Origin: SAR324 cluster bacterium
GTDB lineage: Bacteria; SAR324; XYD2-FULL-50-16; HCM1
Length of the DNA: 64,000 nt
NCBI GenBank assembly: GCA_002995645.1
Contig: PUHO01000007.1
Coordinates: 1,356 to 65,355, forward strand
Direction: 5' to 3'
Part shown: positions 1 to 9,180 of the stretch, in pieces
Layout: each line of letters starts with the position of its first letter
Position numbering within the stretch: position 1 is the first letter of the stretch
Made by a program: the position numbers and the translations under genes
The notes under the pieces: generated by a model
The model's database searches: none
Told to the model about the DNA's origin: nothing
The model's input: the letters and a program-made list of their open reading frames with translations, nothing else

Positions 1-176
1 TTTAAAGATACTTCTCCCCATGATCTATTGATTAAATCATATTCATCAAGTTTAGTTAAAATCCGTCTTAAGCTTGTAGGCGAAATCTGACTTGATTTTA
101 TGAGATCCGATACTTTGTATTTATCCCTCTTTTTTATCAAATTTAGAACGTATTTTTCCTTTTTTTTTAAGATCAT
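1..176 (-). CDS. DeoR-family HTH transcriptional regulator, N-terminal part (gene runs off the left edge); candidate fucose-locus regulator
   Basis: Own translation of the minus strand from ATG at 176-174: MILKKKEKYVLNLIKKRDKYKVSDLIKSSQISPTSLRRILTKLDEYDLINRSWGEVSL. This fits the DeoR-type N-terminal HTH pattern (..VSxxxLxxxLxVSxxTIRRDLxxLExxGxL.R). It is divergent from the sugar ABC/fuc operon. It is too short to appear in the ORF track. Confidence 0.5.
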   Translation of the reverse strand, partial: MILKKKEKYVLNLIKKRDKYKVSDLIKSSQISPTSLRRILTKLDEYDLINRSWGEVSL

Positions 177-349
177 GTTATTTGCTCCTAATTAAATTTG
201 GTTAAATTTATAAAGTAATTATATAATACTATTTGCGTAGATACAAGGTAAAAATAATAGTTCTAGATTTAATGGTTAAAAAAAGTTTGTTTTTTATGAA
301 AAAAATAACCATGTAACCATATAAATGACCGTTTAGTTAATTAAAACGT

Positions 350-378
350 TTGACTCTGCCTATACTTTGTAATAGAAT
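350..378 (+). promoter_or_regulatory. candidate sigma70-type promoter (TTGACT-17-TAGAAT) facing the ABC/fuc operon
   Basis: TTGACT at 350-355, 17-bp spacer, TAGAAT at 373-378, read directly. It lies immediately upstream of the direct repeats at 382-464. It implies a ~330-nt leader, so it is uncertain. Confidence 0.3.
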
Positions 379-480
379 TATAACATAGTTTTATAACAGA
401 GTTAAAAACATGATTTGCGATAAAGCTAAAACATGGTTTGTAACAGAATGAAAACACGATTTTATAATAGAATTACAACA
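371..480. promoter_or_regulatory. phased direct-repeat array, candidate DeoR/FucR operator
   Basis: There are four copies of AACA(T/C)(A/G)(G/A)TTT starting at 382, 407, 430 and 453, spaced 25/23/23 bp. The whole reads as two ~48-bp tandem units (382-429, 430-477). It is bracketed by AATAGAATTA(T/C)AACA at 371-385 and 466-480. Confidence 0.4.
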
Positions 481-583
481 AGGTAAAGAAAAATAATAAT
501 AGTATAAATCTTAACCTGCTATTAAAATCGTAAAAGTAAAATAAATGATTTTAAAAATGTAGTTATACTTTATGAATAAGAAA

Positions 584-597
584 ATCTTACGTAAGAT
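584..597. promoter_or_regulatory. perfect 14-bp palindrome ATCTTACGTAAGAT in the operon leader
   Basis: Self-complementary 14-mer read directly, 119 bp upstream of the first CDS. The binding factor is unknown. Confidence 0.25.
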
Positions 598-715
598 AAA
601 TAAATTTTAACTAGTGGGGAAAATCTCGTTAGTAGAACAACTTTTTATTAAGTAAGGGCAAATCTTGAAAGTGATCCTAACTATAGAATTAAAATCGGAA
701 TTCAAGGGGGTTTAA

Positions 716-2239
716 ATGTTTGAAGCGATTGATAAAATAGTTGATAAGCCCATATTAAGTTTAAAGGGAGTCGGTAAATCGTTCCCCGGAACTAGGGCTT
801 TAGATGATATTAACTTAGATTTTTATGAAGGTGAAATTCATGTGCTATTAGGAGAAAATGGCGCTGGGAAATCTACTTTAATAAAGATTCTATCTGGTAT
901 TTACTTTAAAGATGAAGGGGATATTACTTATTTAGGGGAACCTATGAATCTCAAAGGCGCTTTAGACGCTCAAAATTTAGGGATTTCTGTGGTACATCAA
1001 GAATTAAATTTATGTCGTGATATTACGGTGGCAGATAATATCTTTATTGGAAGGGAATTTGAGAAAAATGGTTTTCTTGATAAAACAACACAAAACAAAA
1101 AAGCAAAAGAGTTATTAGACAAAATGGGGCTGGATATGGATCCTACTAAACTCATTAGTGAATTAACTGTAGGAGAACAGCAATTAGTAGAAATTGCTAA
1201 AGCCTTATCTTTTGAGTCAAAAGTGCTGATTTTAGACGAACCTACGTCGGCGATTACCGGTAAAGAAGTAGATACGTTATTTTCTATTATGAAACAGTTA
1301 AAAAAGAACGGCGTTGCTTTAATATATATTTCTCATCGTATGGAAGAGTTTGAAATCATAGCCGATAAAGTTTCTGTTTTAAGAGACGGTCAGTATATTG
1401 GAACTAAGGCGTTTAAAGATACTACGCTAGACGAGCTAATACAAATGATGGTGGGACGTGAAGTGTATAGTGACTATCCTGCACGTGTAAATAATGTAAG
1501 CAATAAAGTTGTCATGGCTGTTAAAAGTTTATCTTGCGATAGTTTTTTTCAAGATGTGAGCTTTGAACTAAAAGAAGGAGAAATCTTAGGCATTTCAGGC
1601 TTAATGGGCGCAGGTAGAACGGAAATAGCTAAAACTATTATTGGTTTCTATCATAAATCGAACGGAGAGATTAAAATCTTTGATAAAGTTGTGCTACATC
1701 CCACTATTGAAGAGGTAACTAAACTTGGAGTCGCTTATTTAACAGAAGATAGACGTCATGAAGGGCTTGCTCTTAATCAAGACATTGTATTTAATTCTAT
1801 ACTTGCTAGTGTGAAAGAATTTTCTAATAAATTTGGTTTTCTCAAATTAAAAGAAAATGAAAAAGCGACTAAAGACTATATCAAGTTATTAAAGATAAAA
1901 GCGCCTTCTTCTCATACTCTTATTAGTGCTTTAAGTGGTGGTAATCAGCAAAAAGTTATTATTGGTAGATGGCTAATAAAAAATAGTAAAATACTAATTA
2001 TGGACGAGCCAACACGTGGTATTGACGTGAATGCTAAACAAGAGATTTATCAATTGATTCGAGAATTATCACGTAAAGGCATTTCGGTTTTAATGATATC
2101 TTCCGAACTACCGGAGCTTATGGGTATGAGCGATCGTATTGCTGTAATGAGTAGAGGACATTTGACTAAAATCCTTGATAAAAAAGACTTTTCTCAAGAA
2201 TTAATAATGAAATATGCAACAGATACAGTACCGGCTTAA
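716..2239 (+). CDS. sugar ABC transporter ATP-binding protein, two fused ABC domains (CUT2/RbsA-MglA type)
   Basis: 507 aa. Walker A motifs GENGAGKST and GLMGAGRTE. Signature-like motifs LTVGEQQLVE and LSGGNQQKV. Walker B motifs LILDEPT and LIMDEPT. SD-like GGGGG lies upstream. Confidence 0.92.
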   Translation: MFEAIDKIVDKPILSLKGVGKSFPGTRALDDINLDFYEGEIHVLLGENGAGKSTLIKILSGIYFKDEGDITYLGEPMNLKGALDAQNLGISVVHQELNLCRDITVADNIFIGREFEKNGFLDKTTQNKKAKELLDKMGLDMDPTKLISELTVGEQQLVEIAKALSFESKVLILDEPTSAITGKEVDTLFSIMKQLKKNGVALIYISHRMEEFEIIADKVSVLRDGQYIGTKAFKDTTLDELIQMMVGREVYSDYPARVNNVSNKVVMAVKSLSCDSFFQDVSFELKEGEILGISGLMGAGRTEIAKTIIGFYHKSNGEIKIFDKVVLHPTIEEVTKLGVAYLTEDRRHEGLALNQDIVFNSILASVKEFSNKFGFLKLKENEKATKDYIKLLKIKAPSSHTLISALSGGNQQKVIIGRWLIKNSKILIMDEPTRGIDVNAKQEIYQLIRELSRKGISVLMISSELPELMGMSDRIAVMSRGHLTKILDKKDFSQELIMKYATDTVPA

Positions 2240-2272
2240 ACAAAAATCAATAAGTAAAAACAAGAGGTTAAA

Positions 2273-3241
2273 ATGTTAGATACAAAAACATTAGAACACA
2301 AAGGTAAGTTGAACGTAGAAAAATTGTTATATAAGTTAGTTCCGTTGTTAACCTTACTAGCATTGATCATTCTGTTTTCAATCCTATCGCCCTTTTTCTT
2401 TACCATGGATAATATATTTTCCATAATAGTACAAAGTTCTATTTTAGGCATGATGGGCTTAGGGGTCACCTTTGTAATTATTACCGCAGGGATCGATCTT
2501 TCTATTGGTTCTTTAATTGCGGTAGCCGGTGTTGTTATGGGGCTGGTTACAGTCAATATGGGAGCGCCGTTATATGTAGGAATAATAGCAGGATTACTAT
2601 TTGCTAGTTTGTTTGGAGCAATCCAAGGGGTGATTATTGCTAAACTAAGAGTTACCGCGTTTGTTGTAACCTTAGGCGGTATGATGGTAGCACGTGGTAT
2701 TGGTCATGTTGCCACTAACAGTAATCCTATTTACATTGATTCGGATTTTTTAATGTCCATTTCCGGTGGCTATTTTATAGGAATACCGATTCCAGTAATT
2801 ATATTCTTATTTTTTGCATTAATTTCTCATATACTTCTTTCCTATACTCGTTTTGGTCGCTACGTATATGCTATTGGTAGTAATGAAGTAGCAACAAAGC
2901 TTTCAGGAATTAACGTAGCTAAAGTTAAAATATTAACTTACGCCCTTTGTTCTTTCATGGTCGGCATAGGCTCGTTACTTATGGTTTCTCGCCTTGGATC
3001 AGCACAACCAACGGCAGGTAATACGTACGAACTATTGGCAATTGCTGCCGTGGTTATTGGCGGTACTTCTCTTTTTGGTGGTGTCGGTACAATCCTAGGA
3101 ACTGTAATAGGTACTATCCTAATGGGAGTCCTAAGAAACGGTTTAAATCTACTTGATGTAAACCAATTTTGGCAAATGATAATAACAGGTGGAATCCTGA
3201 TCTTTGCCGTGTATATTGACGGTTTAAAAACCAAAGAATAA
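2273..3241 (+). CDS. sugar ABC transporter permease (RbsC-like, CUT2)
   Basis: 322 aa, polytopic and hydrophobic. It has the GGIDLSIGS-type motif (TAGIDLSIGSL) typical of ribose/galactose-family permeases. It lies between the ATPase and binding-protein genes. Confidence 0.85.
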   Translation: MLDTKTLEHKGKLNVEKLLYKLVPLLTLLALIILFSILSPFFFTMDNIFSIIVQSSILGMMGLGVTFVIITAGIDLSIGSLIAVAGVVMGLVTVNMGAPLYVGIIAGLLFASLFGAIQGVIIAKLRVTAFVVTLGGMMVARGIGHVATNSNPIYIDSDFLMSISGGYFIGIPIPVIIFLFFALISHILLSYTRFGRYVYAIGSNEVATKLSGINVAKVKILTYALCSFMVGIGSLLMVSRLGSAQPTAGNTYELLAIAAVVIGGTSLFGGVGTILGTVIGTILMGVLRNGLNLLDVNQFWQMIITGGILIFAVYIDGLKTKE

Positions 3242-3317
3242 ACACAAATCTTAAATATAAACAGGGGATTCAAGATGCTTATATTTACAACATAAACAAA
3301 TTCTAAGGAGAATTAAA

Positions 3318-4280
3318 ATGATTAATTTAAAAAAAACGTTATTAAGCGCAGTAATTCTATCTTCTATTGCAATCACTGGGCAAGCTAAAACATCTGGGAC
3401 AGTCTCCGCTAAAGCTAAATCATATGTACCGGTAATTAGTAAAGGCTTCCAACATTCTTTCTGGTTGACTGTAAGAGACGGTTCTGCTGCGGCGGCAAAA
3501 AAATGCGGAGTTAAGACTAGCTTTGTTGGTCCTAGTGCTGAAACGCAAATAGCACAACAAATTAATATGGTTGAAAATGCCATGATGAAACACCCGCAAG
3601 GGATTATTCTTGCTCCACTGGACGCTAAAGCATTAGTGCCAATTATTAACCAAGCAAAACGTAAACACGTACCTGTTATTACGTTCGATTCTGGTTTAGC
3701 TAGTAAATATCCTGTTTCTTTTGTGGCTACAAATAACCAAAAAGCCGGAGCTTTAGCAGCGCAACACATGATTAAACTATTAAAAGCTAAAGGTTGGTTT
3801 AAAAATGCTACTATTGGAATTATTGCGCATAATGCGGGAACTACTTCCACAATTGACCGAGTTAAAGGCTTTGTTGATTACATTCATGCAAATGCTAGCG
3901 GTATTAAAATCCTAGGCGTTAAATACTCTGATGGGGATCATGATAAAGCTAGATCTATGACGATTGATATGTTAAGAGCACATCCGCATATGAGAGGTAT
4001 TTACGCTACTAACGAAGGCGCGGCTATTGGTATGGGTTTAGGTATTGCCACAGCAGGAAAAGCAAAACAACTAGTAAAAATGGGCTTTGATAGAGCAGAA
4101 GGCACAATAAAACAACTTAAACAAGGAAACCTTGACGGTTTTGTTGCACAAGATCCGTTCCAAATCGGTTACCAATCGATGATGTTAATGTGTAAAACAC
4201 TAAAAGGGGAATCCGTTCCTGCTGTTGTAGATATTCCTACACAATACATTAATATCAAAAACGTAGATAAAGCTAAATAA
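3318..4280 (+). CDS. periplasmic sugar-binding protein (RbsB-like type I SBP)
   Basis: 320 aa. N-terminal signal peptide MINLKKTLLSAVILSSIAITGQA. Motifs such as FDSG, ATNNQKAG and VAQDPFQIGY are typical of CUT2 binding proteins. The gene has an AAGGAG SD. Confidence 0.85.
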   Translation: MINLKKTLLSAVILSSIAITGQAKTSGTVSAKAKSYVPVISKGFQHSFWLTVRDGSAAAAKKCGVKTSFVGPSAETQIAQQINMVENAMMKHPQGIILAPLDAKALVPIINQAKRKHVPVITFDSGLASKYPVSFVATNNQKAGALAAQHMIKLLKAKGWFKNATIGIIAHNAGTTSTIDRVKGFVDYIHANASGIKILGVKYSDGDHDKARSMTIDMLRAHPHMRGIYATNEGAAIGMGLGIATAGKAKQLVKMGFDRAEGTIKQLKQGNLDGFVAQDPFQIGYQSMMLMCKTLKGESVPAVVDIPTQYINIKNVDKAK

Positions 4281-4295
4281 TTTTAGTCAACTTAT

Positions 4296-4342
4296 ATTGT
4301 AGTGGTTATTAACTCCTTGTTAAGAGTAATAACTACTACAAT
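4296..4342 (+). other. long stem-loop (16-bp stem with one G.T, extendable through the loop), no U-tract
   Basis: ATTGTAGTGGTTATTA (4296-4311) pairs with TAATAACTACTACAAT (4327-4342). It lies 16 nt after the SBP stop codon. It may be an intra-operon RNA stability or attenuation element. Confidence 0.4.
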
Positions 4343-4375
4343 CATAGATTGTATTGTGTTTCTCATCATGAAAAA

Positions 4376-4395
4376 TACAATACAATACAATACAA
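4376..4395. repeat. (TACAA)x4 pentanucleotide microsatellite upstream of fucI
   Basis: Four perfect TACAA units read directly. ATTGTATTGT at 4348-4357 is complementary to them, giving alternative hairpin registers. Confidence 0.8.
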
Positions 4396-4500
4396 TTAAA
4401 ATAACATATTATATGCGTTACATAATAATAAAATAAGTCAGCTATTTTTAAATATGTTGATGATGAATTCTAACATATTATATTAAAAGGAAAGAATACA

Positions 4501-6294
4501 ATGACTACAAATAAAAACAAGTTTGTTGGTGATTATCCAAAAATTGGTATTAGACCAGTTATAGACGGCAGAGAGCAAGGCGTAAGAGAAGCTTTAGAAG
4601 ATCAAACCATGGCAATGGCAATATCTTTAAAGAACTTTTTAGAATCTAATTTAAATTATCCTGATGGCGAACCGGTGCAATGTGTGATTGCAGAAGGCAC
4701 TATAGGCGGGGTTTATGAAGCAACTAAATGTAAACATCTTTTTAGAAAAGAAAACGTAGGCGTTACCATTACCGCAACTCCTTCTTGGTGCTATGGCGCC
4801 GAAGTAATGGATATAGATCCATTAAATATTAAGGCAGTATGGGGATTTAATGGAACAGAACGTCCGGGAGCAGTGTATCTTGCGGCAGCCCTTGCAGGAT
4901 ACACGCAAATGGGATTACCTGCCTTTTCTATTTATGGCGAAGACGTGCAAGAAGCAAGTGATACAAGTATCCCCGCTGACGTGCAAGAAAAGCTTTTGAA
5001 ATTCGCTAAAGCGGGAGTCGGTGCAATATGGTTACGTGATAAATCGTATCTTTCATTAGGATCTACATCAATGGGGATCGCCGGTTCTTGCGTAGATCCT
5101 AAATTCTTTCAAAAATACTTAGGTATGAGAACAGAATATGTGGATATGACGGAAATTAAAAGACGTATTGATCGTAATATTTTTGATCAAGCGGAATTTG
5201 AAAAAGCTCTTACATGGACAAAGCAAAATTGTAAAGAAGGCAAAGACGTTAATCCACCGGATAAACAACGATCTAGCAAGGAAAAAGACGAACTATGGGC
5301 TTTTGTTGTTAAAATGACAATCATAATAAAAGATCTTATGAACGGTAATCCACAACTTAAAAAGTTAGGTTTTGGTGAAGAGTCTTTAGGTCATAATGCG
5401 TTAATTTCAGGTTTTCAAGGACAACGTCATTGGACAGATCATTATCCAAACGGTGATTTCTCGGAAGCTATTTTAAATTCTTCTTTTGATTGGAACGGTA
5501 TTCGCCAACCGCTGTTAGTAGCCACGGAAAACGATAGTCTAAACGGGGTTTCTATGGCGTTTGGTCATGTACTTACAGGTAAAGCGCAAATGTTTTCTGA
5601 TGTAAGAACCTATTGGTCGCCTAATGCCGTAGAAAAAGCCACAGGGTGGAAAGCGACAGGTAAGGCAGAAAACGGCTTTATTCATTTAATTAATTCAGGA
5701 TCAAGTTGTTTAGACGCTAGCGGGCAACAAACGGACGATAAAGGAAATCCGGTAGTTAAGCCCTATAAAGAAATTACCCCGGAAGAAGCGCAAAAATGCC
5801 TAGACGCTACTACGTGGCCTTGTGCAGTAGATGAATATTTTCGCGGTGGTGGATACTCAAGCGCCTTTGTTACTAAAGGTAATATGAAAATGACCATGTC
5901 CCGCATTAACCTTGTAGACGGTTTAGGACCGGTCTTGCAAATTGCAGAAGGTTATTCTATTGAACTTCCACCGGAGGTACACGCTAAAATTGACAAACGT
6001 ACAAACGAAACCTGGCCAACGACTTGGTTTGTTCCTAAGCTAACAGGAAAAGGAGCTTTTAAAGACGTGTATTCAGTAATGGCAAATTGGGGAGCGAATC
6101 ACGGCGCTATTTCTTTTGATCATATTGGAGCGGAGTTAATTACCCTTGCTTCTATGTTGCGGATCCCTGTATGTATGCACAACGTAGATGAAAGTAAAAT
6201 CTTTAGACCGTCAGCATGGAATTCTTTCGGCACAGAAAGTTCGATTCAAGATATGCACGCTTGTAAAAACTTTGGTCCATTATATGGCAAGTAA
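4501..6294 (+). CDS. fucI: L-fucose isomerase
   Basis: 597 aa, collinear with E. coli FucI as I recall it. Shared blocks include [117 protein letters not shown] and NFGPLY. Confidence 0.97.
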   Translation: MTTNKNKFVGDYPKIGIRPVIDGREQGVREALEDQTMAMAISLKNFLESNLNYPDGEPVQCVIAEGTIGGVYEATKCKHLFRKENVGVTITATPSWCYGAEVMDIDPLNIKAVWGFNGTERPGAVYLAAALAGYTQMGLPAFSIYGEDVQEASDTSIPADVQEKLLKFAKAGVGAIWLRDKSYLSLGSTSMGIAGSCVDPKFFQKYLGMRTEYVDMTEIKRRIDRNIFDQAEFEKALTWTKQNCKEGKDVNPPDKQRSSKEKDELWAFVVKMTIIIKDLMNGNPQLKKLGFGEESLGHNALISGFQGQRHWTDHYPNGDFSEAILNSSFDWNGIRQPLLVATENDSLNGVSMAFGHVLTGKAQMFSDVRTYWSPNAVEKATGWKATGKAENGFIHLINSGSSCLDASGQQTDDKGNPVVKPYKEITPEEAQKCLDATTWPCAVDEYFRGGGYSSAFVTKGNMKMTMSRINLVDGLGPVLQIAEGYSIELPPEVHAKIDKRTNETWPTTWFVPKLTGKGAFKDVYSVMANWGANHGAISFDHIGAELITLASMLRIPVCMHNVDESKIFRPSAWNSFGTESSIQDMHACKNFGPLYGK

Positions 6295-6329
6295 TCAGCA
6301 CGGCAAGTAAATAATACCATATACTAACT

Positions 6330-7760
6330 ATGGGAGAGGATAAAATGAATGAAAAACAACATATAATAGTGCTAGATTGTGGGGCTACTAATATTAGAGT
6401 TGTAGCAATTGATTGCGCAACCTCTGAAATAGTAGCAAAACATAGTATGCATAATAGCACTAAAGAATATAATAATGAAGGCTTAATATGGGATATTGAC
6501 GAGATCTTTAACAAATTGCAAGCATGTTGTATAGAAGTCATGAAACAGATTCCAAAAGAAAGTGTAAAAGCCGTTTCTACTACCACTTTTGGGGTTGACG
6601 GTACTTTTTTAGATGACAACAAGCGACCTTTATATCCAATAATTTCATGGCAATGTAAACGTAACGCCAAGATCATGGATAAGAGCTTATTTCATTACTT
6701 TGATAAGAATGCATTATTTCATAAAACAGGAGTTGGCTATTTCCCTTTTAATACGATAAATAAATTCATTTGGTTTAAGGAAAATAAACCGGAAGTCCTA
6801 GAAAAAGCCAGTAGTTTTTTATTCATTTCATCTTACATTAATTTTAAATTAACTGACGTCCTTTCTTGTGATTTTACAATGCTTGGTACGTCAATGTTAA
6901 CTAACCTTAATACACAAAATTTGTCAGAAGAAATTGCCGAAACTATTGGATATAATACTAATATCTTTAAAAATATCGTTAATCCAGGAGATATTGTTGG
7001 TAATATCACCGATCCTATGGCAGCTCGTTTTCATTTGCCTAGCAACGTTCCTGTAGTGTCTTCCGGTCATGATACGCAATTTGCCATATTTGCTAGTGGT
7101 ACAGATGATCATACGCCTGTTTTAAGCTCTGGTACATGGGAAATACTCATGGTTGATACGCAAAAGATTGCCTCCTTAGATAGTTCGTTACTAGATAAAG
7201 GTATTACTATTGAATTCGGTTGTGAATTGCAACATTATAGTATGGGAATACAATGGCTAGCATCAGGAATTATTGAATGGGTTAGAAGAAATTTTTATGG
7301 GGAAATTAGTAATGATGAGGAGGCTTATAACACCATGATATCAGAAGTCTACGATTATAAAGAAGAAATTGACAGTGCTACTGTTTCTGTGGAAATTGAT
7401 TTCTTAAATAATCAAGGGGCAATTAAAGGATTATCTATTAATAGTAAGCGATATGCCATTTATTATAACCTCTTAGTAGAGCTTGCTAAACATTTGAAAT
7501 CTTCCTTACATAGTCTTGAAAACCTCTCTCACTTTAAAGCTAAGCAATTGGTATGCGTAGGCGGGGGAAGTAAGAATAAATTATGGAATCAAATTAAAGC
7601 CGATACTTTAAACATTCCTATAATAATAAATAATAGGATAGAAAACACCGTGTTAGGCGCAAGCTATTACGCCATGCAAGCTATAACAAAAAACAAAAGC
7701 GCATCAGAAATTAGAGATAGTTTTAAAAAAGATGTAACAATCTACAATCCTGCAACCTAA
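6330..7760 (+). CDS. fucK: L-fuculokinase (FGGY carbohydrate kinase)
   Basis: 476 aa. Blocks shared with E. coli FucK include VLDCGATN, TTFGVDG, LYPIISWQC, FISSYIN, SGHDTQFA, PVLSSGTWEILMV, QWLASG, GGGSKNKLWNQIKAD. The start could instead be the ATG at 6345 (MNEKQ). Confidence 0.9.
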   Translation: MGEDKMNEKQHIIVLDCGATNIRVVAIDCATSEIVAKHSMHNSTKEYNNEGLIWDIDEIFNKLQACCIEVMKQIPKESVKAVSTTTFGVDGTFLDDNKRPLYPIISWQCKRNAKIMDKSLFHYFDKNALFHKTGVGYFPFNTINKFIWFKENKPEVLEKASSFLFISSYINFKLTDVLSCDFTMLGTSMLTNLNTQNLSEEIAETIGYNTNIFKNIVNPGDIVGNITDPMAARFHLPSNVPVVSSGHDTQFAIFASGTDDHTPVLSSGTWEILMVDTQKIASLDSSLLDKGITIEFGCELQHYSMGIQWLASGIIEWVRRNFYGEISNDEEAYNTMISEVYDYKEEIDSATVSVEIDFLNNQGAIKGLSINSKRYAIYYNLLVELAKHLKSSLHSLENLSHFKAKQLVCVGGGSKNKLWNQIKADTLNIPIIINNRIENTVLGASYYAMQAITKNKSASEIRDSFKKDVTIYNPAT

Positions 7761-7776
7761 TAAAAAGGATAAAGAA

Positions 7777-8610
7777 ATGAATAATAATAATTGGAAAATT
7801 AATCCACCACTTCCAGACCTAGTATATGATTTTTCTAAGATTGAAGAACCGCAAACTAAAGAGCAAGTGGCAGCATACTATAATTCAAAAGAAATAGTAG
7901 CGTTACGAAAACATATATGCGAAATTGGAAAACGTATGTGGCAAAAAGATTTTGTTGACGGCAACGGCGGCAATATTTCCATTCGTATTTCTAAGAATTT
8001 AGTTTTATGTACGCCAACGCTCATATCAAAAGGTTTTATGACTGTAGAAGATATATGTATTGTTGATATGGAAGGTAACCAAAAACATGGCTATCGCCCT
8101 TCCACAAGTGAAATTAAAACCCATTTAGCAGTTATGAAACATAATCCTAATGCCTTAGCATGCATTCATGGTCATCCACCGTATTTAACCTCTTATGCTG
8201 TAAGCGGCATTGTGCCGCCTAGTGGGATTATTTCCGAAGCGGATATATTTTTAGGCAAAATCGTAAGCTCACCTTATCGCCATCCAGGATCTACAGAAAT
8301 GCAAGAACTTATGGCAAACTATGCTCATGATCAATGTATATTATGGCAGAATCATGGGGCTTTTGTTCAAAGTGATAACCTAGAAGACGCTTATTGGAAG
8401 TTAGAAAATGCTGAAGCTGTGGCAAAAACCGTATCGTTAACATCATTACACAAACAACCTCTAACAAGAATTCCTGAAGACGGTATAAAAAAACTCGTAG
8501 AACTAAGACTCGCCTTAGGAATGGAAGACAAACGTGAAAACTTAGAAGGAGAAGACTTATATAATACCAATACGTTCGCCAATCAAAAAATAGTATCAGT
8601 AGGAGAATAA
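7777..8610 (+). CDS. fucA: class II aldolase, L-fuculose-phosphate aldolase-like
   Basis: 277 aa. It has GNGGNISIR and HGHPPY motifs of the class II aldolase/adducin fold and lies between fucK and fucU. It is ~60 aa longer than E. coli FucA, so substrate assignment rests on context. Confidence 0.75.
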   Translation: MNNNNWKINPPLPDLVYDFSKIEEPQTKEQVAAYYNSKEIVALRKHICEIGKRMWQKDFVDGNGGNISIRISKNLVLCTPTLISKGFMTVEDICIVDMEGNQKHGYRPSTSEIKTHLAVMKHNPNALACIHGHPPYLTSYAVSGIVPPSGIISEADIFLGKIVSSPYRHPGSTEMQELMANYAHDQCILWQNHGAFVQSDNLEDAYWKLENAEAVAKTVSLTSLHKQPLTRIPEDGIKKLVELRLALGMEDKRENLEGEDLYNTNTFANQKIVSVGE

Positions 8611-8611
8611 T

Positions 8612-9037
8612 ATGCTGAAATCTATACCGTCTATAATTAGCCCGGAGCTATTAAAAGCTCTTGCAGAAATGGGGCACGGCGATGAAATAGTTTTAGCTGA
8701 CGCCCATTTCCCGGCTCATAGAATTCATAAGAATGTTATTCGCTGTGACGGCTTAAAAAATACCGATCTTTTAGAAGGAATTATGACTCTTTTTACTTTA
8801 GATGATTATTCTCCGGATAACATTGTAATGATGTCCCCAGTTCCTGGCGATGTTGCTGATAAATCTGTAGCGGATCGTTATTTATCTGCCATAGAAAAGC
8901 ATGAAAAAAATCGGCAAATTACTTTTATTGATCGTTTTGCTTTTTATGATCGTGCTAAAAATGCATATGTTATCATAGTAAGCGGCGAATTAGCAAAATA
9001 TAGTAATATCATTCTTAAAAAGGGGGTGATAACATAA
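8612..9037 (+). CDS. fucU: L-fucose mutarotase (RbsD/FucU family)
   Basis: 141 aa. MLKSIPSIISPELLKALAEMGHGDEIVLADAHFPAH ... FAFYDRAK ... KYSNIILKKGV closely parallels E. coli FucU. Confidence 0.9.
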   Translation: MLKSIPSIISPELLKALAEMGHGDEIVLADAHFPAHRIHKNVIRCDGLKNTDLLEGIMTLFTLDDYSPDNIVMMSPVPGDVADKSVADRYLSAIEKHEKNRQITFIDRFAFYDRAKNAYVIIVSGELAKYSNIILKKGVIT

Positions 9038-9180
9038 AAAAGAATAAGAGGACAAGCTAAGATAATTTTAATTTATTAGATCGATTATGTAATGCTAACT
9101 TCTGATGTGTATAGTAACTATTTGAAATATATTGTTATTCTGTAAGATAAAGTTGTTGGAAGTTGGCGTTACATATGTTT

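Noticed and set aside
2236-3850. Antisense ORFs within the ABC transporter genes (2236..2556, 2938..3273 and 3251..3850 minus). Similar shadow ORFs occur elsewhere, e.g. 13518..13988, 15191..15496, 28639..29235, 33776..34333, 36973..37332, 38039..38545, 53138..53509.
   Set aside because: Each lies fully antisense to a gene with strong family signatures. They have odd composition and no SD. These are typical shadow ORFs.
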